From an uncultured Thermoplasmata archaeon (GTDB lineage Archaea; Thermoplasmatota; Thermoplasmata; Halarchaeoplasmatales; Halarchaeoplasmataceae), in contig CAYNQI010000007.1 of assembly GCA_964399335.1 (NCBI GenBank), positions 1 to 45,469 of the forward strand: 45,469 nt of DNA, written 5' to 3'. The position numbers and the translations under genes are program-made. Shown here piece by piece: positions 33,626-41,767 of this stretch. Every line of letters starts with the position of its first letter. The stretch's first letter is position 1. Below the pieces are notes generated by a model that had not been told where the DNA came from, ran no database searches, and worked only from the letters and a program-made list of their open reading frames with translations.

Positions 33626-34849
33626 TCACGATATTCTAAATCTTAGTATTGCTGCTAATCCCCCAAAGGCATCAAGAAGAAGTTTACCTTCTTCGGATTC
33701 GTCAGATATAAGTTCAACATCCGAACCGGTCTGATCCGCTCTTTCGTAGAGTTCATCCACAATATCTCTTCTTTCGGAGATCTCTAAAGAGGCGCCGCAT
33801 TCAGGACAATCCCTCTCTTTTTTTTCATTGGATTTTACGATATGATCGTTATCGTAGTCACATTCAGGACAGTCAACTATGATATGTTCTTTGTTCAGAC
33901 CTTCAGAGATCAGTAAGGTGTCAACAGCACCAAGTTGTAAAGCACGTTCAACTTCTTCTTCTCCATAGGCTGCTAGACCCCCGTTAGGTTTTTTGATCTC
34001 TTCCATGAGCTGATTGATCAATTTCTTTTCTTCCATCACGACGAGTTCTGAAAGAGTATCCTGTGCCTTCTGCATCAACTCTTTTAGGCCGTACTCGTCG
34101 GTGTAACCAGTGTTGAACGTATCGATAACGTTGTTTTTTAATTCGTGATGTAGATAATCCCCCTCCACGAATTCCTCTTTGGTTCTACCAGGCCCTCCAA
34201 CGATAAGGCCCTCGAGATCCTCGGTCAAAAGCAACTTATTCGCCAAGTCTCCTAGTTTCTTAAAGTAGTTGTGAGCAGCCCCTTCTATGAGTCTTTCAAA
34301 CCTTTGAGCTGACTGACCACCCTTAGAGTGCTTGCTGGGGATCAGAGATTGTATATTTTTTAAAGTATCAACCTTTTTCCCGTGGAGCATACCTATGGTA
34401 GCCTCACTCCTATCTACAACTATTAAACCATACTTCTTTTTCTCTCCCATCATCTTTTTCAGGGGTTCTACGTAGAATTCGGAATCACATCGATATCTAA
34501 AGGTCTCTATAGGTCTAGGTGGTTCTACGACTTCTGAGATCATCTCGGTTTGATCACCGGTGGCTGAGACATGTCCAACGAAGAAAACGACCCCGTTCTT
34601 AGGCGGTTCTTTGAAATATTTCAATTTCGATAGAATCGATTTTAAAGCGCTCTGAACGTGCTTTCTCGTAGATTTGGATTTTATGTTCGAACTCTCTGAC
34701 ATCTCCTCTTTGAGATAACCAGCTACATCTGATATCTGTTTATCTGGAGGTACATATAGAGAGATCAGTTCCGTCCCTCTACCTTTTTCTTCTTTGATCT
34801 TATCCAAGGCCTTCTTGAAATCGTATTCTTGACGTTTTGACATCTCCAT
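33626..34849 (-). CDS. prf1: Peptide chain release factor aRF1
   Basis: NIKS, YRCDSEF and KGGQSAQRFERL, with a Zn-ribbon insert in the C domain. Confidence 0.97.
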   Translation of the reverse strand: MEMSKRQEYDFKKALDKIKEEKGRGTELISLYVPPDKQISDVAGYLKEEMSESSNIKSKSTRKHVQSALKSILSKLKYFKEPPKNGVVFFVGHVSATGDQTEMISEVVEPPRPIETFRYRCDSEFYVEPLKKMMGEKKKYGLIVVDRSEATIGMLHGKKVDTLKNIQSLIPSKHSKGGQSAQRFERLIEGAAHNYFKKLGDLANKLLLTEDLEGLIVGGPGRTKEEFVEGDYLHHELKNNVIDTFNTGYTDEYGLKELMQKAQDTLSELVVMEEKKLINQLMEEIKKPNGGLAAYGEEEVERALQLGAVDTLLISEGLNKEHIIVDCPECDYDNDHIVKSNEKKERDCPECGASLEISERRDIVDELYERADQTGSDVELISDESEEGKLLLDAFGGLAAILRFRIS

Positions 34850-34972
34850 TTGAAATCAGACCGATTGTTTAGAAGAACAGGGGTATTAAAAAGGTTTCGT
34901 AATGCCAGTTAAGAGTGATCTTATAAAATTTTATAAACCCTTCTTAGTTCCCGTGCCCATCGATGTGTTTGA

Positions 34973-36748
34973 ATGAATGATAATGGAAGAATGCTATTGA
35001 CTGCTATGCTCATTGTACTTTTAGTCACCTCTACCCTCACGCTGATACCCATGAGGTCTACTGGCGATGTAATAATTGTAGATTCGGAAGGCGGAGGAGA
35101 TCACCTGTACATACAAGATGCCATAGATGAAGCCAAAGCCGGAGATGAGATACAGATTTTATCAGGTGTTTACGAAGAGGATGTATTGGTCGATAAAACT
35201 TTGACAATAGAGGGTGAAAAGGGAGTTGTAATTGTCGATGACTATTACGGATTGAAGATAGAAGCAGATGATTGCAACATCCGTAACCTTTCAATTGAGG
35301 GATCTGAGATAGGCATCGAGATCGCTGGAGATGGTAACTTTTTGAAAGATATTAGAGTCTCTAAAAACGATAAAGGGATTTTATTTTTTAGATCTGTAGA
35401 TAACCATTTGAAAGGTTCTAATATTAAGGATTGTAACACAGGTATGTTGTTTTTTGAAGGTAATAATAATACTATTAGTGATAGTACAGTTAGCGCTTCG
35501 ATACAGCAGGGAATTAGAATATCAAGATCAGATGATACTACGTTGATAAATAATGTAGTGAAATCCTCAGGATATCATTCTTTTTACTTAAGTAGGTCGG
35601 ATGACGTAAACATCTTTGATAATCATTTTTACGATAATGAAAGAGGAGTTTATATCTTCGAATCTTTCAGGAGTAGTTTTGTTAACAATACACTGGAAAA
35701 AGGTCTTAACATCGAAAGCGAGATCAAAGAGGGGTGGGACTCACATGAGATGTATGGAAACGATGTGGGTAGCGGGAAATTGAATTACTATGTCGATGAT
35801 TCAGCTATCGAAATAGAATCTATGTCAGGACAGATGATATTGGTGAACTGCACGGGTTCATCTATCCGTTACAATGACGTTACCGAAGTTGAGAGCGGTG
35901 TTACCCTTGCTTATTCATCCGATAACTCATTGTATGGCAATGATCTTAGAAAGAATCATCGAGGAGTCGATATCTTCAATTCAGAGAATAACACGTTTCA
36001 TCATAATAATTTTTTGAACAACACATTCCAGGTTCACTCTATTGACGAATCTTCTGGATATAATTCATGGACGGATGGGATGGGAAACGGGAATCACTGG
36101 AGCGATTACTCCGGATATGATGATGGAAGTGGAGGTAGGACATCAGAAGATGGAGTAGGTGATACAGAGATACCACATCCATCCGTTGATAAAGGATACG
36201 GTTATGATGCTTTAGATCCTGAACCATTGATGGAAGAGGTTTTGAAGTCGGATAGTGTTATCGAACTGAATAATGATTCAAACGGGTGGAATTTTGTTTC
36301 ATCCGGTATCGAGATGGGAGAAGTAGAGTTAGAAGAATTGTTTAGCTCAATAGATTACGAAAAAGTCATGTATTATTCCGGTGAAGATGATCGTTGGATG
36401 AGTTACATTCCGAGCAGAGCAGATCATTTTAATGACCTGATAACACTTGATCGCAGCAGGGGTTTTTGGATAAGAGTTGAAGAACAGCAAGAGTTGAATT
36501 TTACAGGTGTTATCCCGGTTAGAACCTTGGTGGAGATCGAACCAGGTTGGAACATGGTCGGCATATCAACCATTGATGATGTTTCTGGTAGTGAATTACC
36601 GAGTGAAGTTGATATGGTCGGAATTTATAACGGTTCTAGGGAATACCTTATCGAATATCTAGATCCTAGTGAAGCGAACTTAGAAAGGGGAAAAGGGTAC
36701 TGGATCCACAATTCGGGGGATGAAAGCGTGGTGTGGAACCTTCATTGA
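34973..36748 (+). CDS. Secreted right-handed beta-helix (NosD/CASH-type) protein with a duplicated C-terminal GWN module
   Basis: Signal peptide, IQDAIDEA..GD.I.I..G.Y.E, many GI.I...NN.I repeats, GNHWSDY; the tail has NGWNFVS..GFWI and PGWNMVG..GYWI. Confidence 0.8.
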   Translation: MNDNGRMLLTAMLIVLLVTSTLTLIPMRSTGDVIIVDSEGGGDHLYIQDAIDEAKAGDEIQILSGVYEEDVLVDKTLTIEGEKGVVIVDDYYGLKIEADDCNIRNLSIEGSEIGIEIAGDGNFLKDIRVSKNDKGILFFRSVDNHLKGSNIKDCNTGMLFFEGNNNTISDSTVSASIQQGIRISRSDDTTLINNVVKSSGYHSFYLSRSDDVNIFDNHFYDNERGVYIFESFRSSFVNNTLEKGLNIESEIKEGWDSHEMYGNDVGSGKLNYYVDDSAIEIESMSGQMILVNCTGSSIRYNDVTEVESGVTLAYSSDNSLYGNDLRKNHRGVDIFNSENNTFHHNNFLNNTFQVHSIDESSGYNSWTDGMGNGNHWSDYSGYDDGSGGRTSEDGVGDTEIPHPSVDKGYGYDALDPEPLMEEVLKSDSVIELNNDSNGWNFVSSGIEMGEVELEELFSSIDYEKVMYYSGEDDRWMSYIPSRADHFNDLITLDRSRGFWIRVEEQQELNFTGVIPVRTLVEIEPGWNMVGISTIDDVSGSELPSEVDMVGIYNGSREYLIEYLDPSEANLERGKGYWIHNSGDESVVWNLH

Positions 36749-36751
36749 TCT

Positions 36752-37948
36752 TTAAAACATGATAAAACTGTAGATTAGATATGAACCCGCTATAACAAGT
36801 ACAATCCCTGAGATCTTGTTTATCCATAATGAAGCTTCACTGAGTTTTCTTTCTAAAACACTTTTGAAGCGGACGGTGATCAGAGAGAATGCGATCATCA
36901 ATATCGACATGGTTATCAGATAAAGAATAAGTACGATAACCGCACCCTGGAAACCCTGCGATAACCACGAAGATAATATCACCGCTATGAAGACCGGGGC
37001 GGTACATCCTGCAGATGAAGCTCCGTATCCGAGACCATAAAAGAAAGGTGAAGAATCGTTACTTCCTTTTTTAGAACTCATATTGAATCTATCTTTTAAC
37101 TTTGTAAGATTTTTCGAAAGATGACCACCGATATCGATGTTGGAAAGTATGAATATACCGAGTATCAAAATAGATATTCCGACGATCAGTTCAAGGTAAG
37201 GTATGTAATCTGCTAACCATCTTCCTCCACTCACTGCTATTGCCCCTATTATTCCGAATACAAGGATTATCCCAAGTGATGCTTTGACCCCCATCGAAAG
37301 ACCGGTCTGTTCCTTATTTTTTCCGTCTGGTCTTATGTAATATGCTACGTAGGATGGCAGCAATGGGAATGAACATGGTGAAAAGAACGATGCGAACCCT
37401 CCAAGTATCGCAATCGTGTAGATACCATATTCCCTGAGTTCAATTCTTTCAGCCGTCCCTTCTAAGACTTTGTCGAACTCTCTTGACAATTCATTTCTTG
37501 ACGGAACACCTCTTTTTTCATACGTGATATAACCCTCGGGATCTATGATGGTAACCATAGGAACCGAGGTTCCCTGATAAATTGAGAACAGTTCAGAATC
37601 ACCGCTAGCTAATTCCCAAGGGATGTTTCTATCTTGTTTTAGATCATCTAAATAATCGATGGGATTGCCATCTATATCGATAGAAAGGAATATGAACTCA
37701 TCACCATATCCCGGGTGTAACTCTTTCAGATTTTCTTCCACTTCTCTACATTGGATGCATAGAGGAGTCATGAATTCTAAGACTACGGGTTTCTGCTGTT
37801 CAGATAGAGTGAAATCCTCATACGCTGTAGTCGGAACGGTAAAATCAGGGGCGGGTTGAACTGCACTAGATGTTGGTAATGTTAATAGTAAGATGATCAG
37901 GGATAACGAGATGAGTAATCTGTATTTAGGTGAAAATCGGATATTCAT
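36752..37948 (-). CDS. ccdA: Exported TlpA-like thioredoxin fused to a CcdA/DsbD-type transmembrane electron transporter
   Basis: Signal peptide, APDFT and CIQC redoxin, then SFFSPCSFPLLPSY and GCTAP in a six-TM domain. Confidence 0.88.
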   Translation of the reverse strand: MNIRFSPKYRLLISLSLIILLLTLPTSSAVQPAPDFTVPTTAYEDFTLSEQQKPVVLEFMTPLCIQCREVEENLKELHPGYGDEFIFLSIDIDGNPIDYLDDLKQDRNIPWELASGDSELFSIYQGTSVPMVTIIDPEGYITYEKRGVPSRNELSREFDKVLEGTAERIELREYGIYTIAILGGFASFFSPCSFPLLPSYVAYYIRPDGKNKEQTGLSMGVKASLGIILVFGIIGAIAVSGGRWLADYIPYLELIVGISILILGIFILSNIDIGGHLSKNLTKLKDRFNMSSKKGSNDSSPFFYGLGYGASSAGCTAPVFIAVILSSWLSQGFQGAVIVLILYLITMSILMIAFSLITVRFKSVLERKLSEASLWINKISGIVLVIAGSYLIYSFIMF

Positions 37949-38011
37949 TTATTCTACATAACCGGTTATTGATATTTATACTTTGGTAAGTAGCAATAGT
38001 AAACTTTTTAT

Positions 38012-38035
38012 GTTCGTTAACCACTACTTAACAAC
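38012..38035. promoter_or_regulatory. Candidate operator palindrome between the TATA box and start codon of the metal regulator
   Basis: GTT-C-GTTAA-ccactac-TTAAC-AAC, immediately after TTTTTAT (38005-38011) and ending at ATG 38036. Confidence 0.45.
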
Positions 38036-38503
38036 ATGGGAATGAAGTCCGTGACTGAAAGAGATCGTAAGTACATCAGAGCTATCTATTTGAAGGAAGG
38101 CTACAAAAGACCCGTAGGTCCTTCTGAGTTAGCAGAAGATATGGATGTGAGTCGAGTAGGCGCCCTTCAAAAGATGCGGCGGTTAGAGAGTCAAGGTTTG
38201 GGAGAGTACTTGTCTAAAGAAGGATTGATTCTGAACGGGGAAGGTGTGGATATCGTCGAAGAAGATATCAAACGCCATCACCTGCTTGAAAAGTTCCTTC
38301 AAGAATCTTTGGGGATGGACTTCGATGAAGCCTGCAGGGAGTCCAGTAGGTTGGGGCCCATCGTTAGTGATAAGATGATGGATAGGATCGATAAGAATTA
38401 TCGTGAATATCTAGAATGTGAGTGCGGTCTCTGTTTAGATCCTCCATACGAACCAGATGATCTGGAGGAATGTCATTGGATAAGAAGAGAGTTCGGTAAA
38501 TGA
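38036..38503 (+). CDS. DtxR/MntR-family metal-dependent transcriptional regulator with a Cys-rich tail
   Basis: YIRAIY..E, HTH (SELAEDMDVSRVGALQKMRRL) and RHHLLEKFL..LG; tail CECGLC...CHW. Confidence 0.85.
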   Translation: MGMKSVTERDRKYIRAIYLKEGYKRPVGPSELAEDMDVSRVGALQKMRRLESQGLGEYLSKEGLILNGEGVDIVEEDIKRHHLLEKFLQESLGMDFDEACRESSRLGPIVSDKMMDRIDKNYREYLECECGLCLDPPYEPDDLEECHWIRREFGK

Positions 38504-38514
38504 GGTGAAAGAAA

Positions 38515-39450
38515 ATGAAGAAGAAAAAATTGATAATATTGATGGTTAGTGTGATGTTGGTCTCTACGTTTGCTGTTGGTTGTTTAGAAGATGATGACGG
38601 TGAGCACGAAAATATGGATCCCCATATCTGGATGTCGCCTAAGAACGTTGAATTGATGATAGATAATTTTGTAGAGGGTTTAGAGGATTCAGATATCGGT
38701 TATGAAGAGCTCAATAGAGTAGCGGTTACTATCCCTCCTCAGCAAGAATGGGTGGAGAATGTTTGCAGTGAAGATGTTCAGATCACAGTGATGGTTCCGG
38801 AAGGTGCGGACCCGCATATATACGAGCCCACAACATCTCAGATGAGGGATATATCTGAAGCAGACGTTTATTTTAAGATCGGTTCAGGTGTGGAGTTCGA
38901 AGAGAGATGGATGGATAGTCTTATCGAACAGAATACAGATATGCTGGTAATCGATGGAAGCGATGGTATCCATCTGTTGGAATATGGTGATGAGCATGAT
39001 CATGACCATGATGATGACCACGGCCACGAACATTCGATCACATTGACCAGTACAAGCCGGTTCCGTGAAAATGCTGATGAATACCTTCACGACTTGCATG
39101 ACCTTCATCACTGGATAGAAGAAGAATTGGAACCATACCATGGACGTAAATTCTTGATATATCATCCCTCCATGGCTTATTATGCTCATGAATATGGAGT
39201 TGAACAGATCGCTGTGGAACGTGAGGGGTTAGAACCGGGCTCGAAGGGTATCCAGGCTGTGATAGAGCAGGCTGAAGAAGAGGATATACGAGTAGTATTT
39301 GTATCTCCACAGTTCGATGAAAGTCGAGCTCAGACCATCGCCGATGAAATAGATGGAGAAGTTATTGAACTTGACCCTCTTTCTTCGGATTATATAGAAA
39401 ACTTAGAGGATATTACCCAGAACCTCATAGAGTCATTTGGACCTGAGTGA
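38515..39450 (+). CDS. znuA: Zn/Mn ABC transporter substrate-binding lipoprotein (ZnuA/TroA family), internally rearranged
   Basis: Lipobox AVGC, DPHIYEP, His-rich loop HDHDHDDDHGHEH, YHPSMAYY and LDPL; the DPHIW segment sits at the N-terminus. Confidence 0.9.
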   Translation: MKKKKLIILMVSVMLVSTFAVGCLEDDDGEHENMDPHIWMSPKNVELMIDNFVEGLEDSDIGYEELNRVAVTIPPQQEWVENVCSEDVQITVMVPEGADPHIYEPTTSQMRDISEADVYFKIGSGVEFEERWMDSLIEQNTDMLVIDGSDGIHLLEYGDEHDHDHDDDHGHEHSITLTSTSRFRENADEYLHDLHDLHHWIEEELEPYHGRKFLIYHPSMAYYAHEYGVEQIAVEREGLEPGSKGIQAVIEQAEEEDIRVVFVSPQFDESRAQTIADEIDGEVIELDPLSSDYIENLEDITQNLIESFGPE

Positions 39451-40229
39451 TTCATATGCAAAAAGCTATCGAAGTTAACGATGTAGGTGTAAAATATGGT
39501 AGACAGACCGTTTTGAAGGATGTTAGCTTCGAGCTTGAAAAAGGAAATTTTTTAGGTATAATCGGACCGAATGGCGGAGGTAAAACGACTTTGTTGAAGG
39601 TTCTTTTAGGGCTGGTAAAACCAGATAATGGCACGGTAAAAATATTCGGTAAAACCGTCAATAAATCTGGGGATATCGTTGGTTATGTCCCCCAGCGCAT
39701 GAACTTCGATATTCAATTCCCTATCAGCGTCTGGGAAGTAGTCCTTATGGGGAGGGTAGGTAGTCTTGGTTTGAAACCTTTCTTTTCTAAGAAAGATAAA
39801 AAGATCGCTAGTCACAGTCTTGAACTTGTAGATATGTTAGAGTATAAAGACAGACAATTTTCGAAATTATCAGGAGGACAACAGCAGCGTGTATTGATCG
39901 CCAGGGCCCTAGCAGATAGACCAAAGATATTATTGCTAGATGAACCCACGGCAAGTGTGGACGAGCAGATCAGGACCAATATCTATGAACTTCTGGAAGA
40001 ATTGAACAGAGAAGAAGGTATAACCATAGTTTTGGTATCCCACGATATCGGGGTGATCTCTTCTCATGTAGAGAAGGTAGCCTGCTTGAACAAATACTTG
40101 ATCTACCACGGTGATGACGAACTCACACCTGAGATGCTCGAGGAATCCTATGGATGTCCAGTTGATCTGATAGCCCACGGTCATCCCCATAGAGTTTACG
40201 AACATAGGATGCCATCGGAGGATGAATAA
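39447..40229 (+). CDS. znuC: Metal ABC transporter ATPase
   Basis: GPNGGGKTT, LSGGQQQR and LLLDEPT; C-terminal CPVDLIAHGHPH; GTGA overlap with znuA. Confidence 0.93.
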   Translation: MIHMQKAIEVNDVGVKYGRQTVLKDVSFELEKGNFLGIIGPNGGGKTTLLKVLLGLVKPDNGTVKIFGKTVNKSGDIVGYVPQRMNFDIQFPISVWEVVLMGRVGSLGLKPFFSKKDKKIASHSLELVDMLEYKDRQFSKLSGGQQQRVLIARALADRPKILLLDEPTASVDEQIRTNIYELLEELNREEGITIVLVSHDIGVISSHVEKVACLNKYLIYHGDDELTPEMLEESYGCPVDLIAHGHPHRVYEHRMPSEDE

Positions 40230-41040
40230 AATGTTCGATATACTTCAGTACACTTTCATGAGGAACGCCATATACGCTGGGATATTTGCTTCGCTTTTAT
40301 TCGGTATAATCGGAACATTGGTTGTAGTTAAAAGGATAGTTTTCATCAGCGGCGGGATAGCTCATGCCTCCTTTGGAGGAGTTGGTATGGCATTTTATTT
40401 GGGATTGGATCCACTTGTAGGTGCTTCTATTTTCACCGTGATCTCAGCGTTAGGTGTAGGTATATTGGGTGAGCGGAAGATCGAACGTGAGGATACAGCT
40501 ATCGGAGTTATCTGGGCTGTAGGTATGGCACTCGGTGCTTTTTTCTATTCCATAACTCCCGGGTACAGAACTATTAGTCCATCTAGTTTTCTTTTTGGAA
40601 ATATCGTGATGATCAGGCATCTTGATATCTTATTACTGTTGGCCCTGACAGCAATAACGCTAATATCTGTGGTCTTCTTTTATCATAAATTCCAGGCAGT
40701 AAGTTTTGATGAGGAATTCTCAAAAGTGGTAGGGGTAAATACGTTCTATATCAACATCTTCCTTTTACTTTTAGTGGCATTCTCCATAGTCTTACTGATA
40801 AAGTTCGTTGGTATCATACTTGTGATAGCTCTTTTGACTATACCTGCGTCTATATCGAATCATTTTACCCACGATATGAGAAAGATCATGGCCTCTTCAT
40901 CTTTACTTTCCCTGGTGTTCATAATGTCCGGACTTTGGATCTCTCATACTCTCGATACCGCAGCTGGCCCTACTATCGTGATAATGGCTGGGATAGTGTT
41001 CATCATAGTAACAGTGATTTCAAAAATATTGAAGAGATGA
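40222..41040 (+). CDS. znuB: Metal ABC transporter permease (ABC-3 family)
   Basis: GIAHASFGG, SFDEEF, VGIILVIALLTIPA and GPTIV. Confidence 0.93.
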   Translation: MNKMFDILQYTFMRNAIYAGIFASLLFGIIGTLVVVKRIVFISGGIAHASFGGVGMAFYLGLDPLVGASIFTVISALGVGILGERKIEREDTAIGVIWAVGMALGAFFYSITPGYRTISPSSFLFGNIVMIRHLDILLLLALTAITLISVVFFYHKFQAVSFDEEFSKVVGVNTFYINIFLLLLVAFSIVLLIKFVGIILVIALLTIPASISNHFTHDMRKIMASSSLLSLVFIMSGLWISHTLDTAAGPTIVIMAGIVFIIVTVISKILKR

Positions 41041-41044
41041 ATAT

Positions 41045-41665
41045 TCAGTTTTGGTTATCTTTACCCTTCATTTTATTTAGGTGGAATATGATAGCTATGG
41101 CGACTACAAGCGAAGAAACGGTTATGACCAGCATATTTCTAAAAAAGTTATCTTCACCGATAATCTCCTCTTGTGTCGTAATTCCTGTATCAGTGGTATC
41201 CTCATTGTTATCGTTCTCAGGTTCTGAAATAGTGTCTTCACTGTCATAATTTTCAATGACTTCGTCGATGACGGTAACTAGTTGGTCCGCATCTAAGAAT
41301 CCTACTTCCCTTTGGATCACAGCCCCTTCAGAGTCGGTGAATATTGAAGCAGGCACTCCTGTAATTCCGTATTGGGAAGCTAACCCTCTCTCTGCGTTTG
41401 CATCAACTTTTACAAAAACTATATCGTCACCTCTTTCTTGGACTTTATGTTCTGTGAAAGTTTCTTCTTCCATCATCACACAGGCCCCGCAGTTTTCAGT
41501 ATAAAAATAGACCATGATGGGCTGTTCTCTCTGTTCTGAGACAGAAAGTCCTTCATCATATGAGTGCCAATCCATGCTGTTTGCAGAAACTAGTGAAATC
41601 GAAAACATAGACGCCAGAAGTAGTGCTAGAATCATGATCGTAGAATAAAACACTCGTTTATGCAT
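41045..41665 (-). CDS. Exported, membrane-anchored thioredoxin-family protein
   Basis: Signal peptide, MVYFYTENCGACVMM, YGITGVP, acidic linker and C-terminal TM helix. Confidence 0.87.
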   Translation of the reverse strand: MHKRVFYSTIMILALLLASMFSISLVSANSMDWHSYDEGLSVSEQREQPIMVYFYTENCGACVMMEEETFTEHKVQERGDDIVFVKVDANAERGLASQYGITGVPASIFTDSEGAVIQREVGFLDADQLVTVIDEVIENYDSEDTISEPENDNNEDTTDTGITTQEEIIGEDNFFRNMLVITVSSLVVAIAIIFHLNKMKGKDNQN

Positions 41666-41741
41666 ATTATTTACATAACTGTTCTTGTTAATAACTCTTT
41701 TGATAAACTTCTACATCTCATCTTAGAAGGCGAATGATTTA

Positions 41742-41747
41742 TTTATA
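41742..41747 (+). promoter_or_regulatory. Probable TATA box of a leaderless alaS transcript
   Basis: TTTATA about 21 nt before ATG 41768, with no RBS in between. Confidence 0.4.
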
Positions 41748-41767
41748 CCTCCAAGTTTTTATTTACC

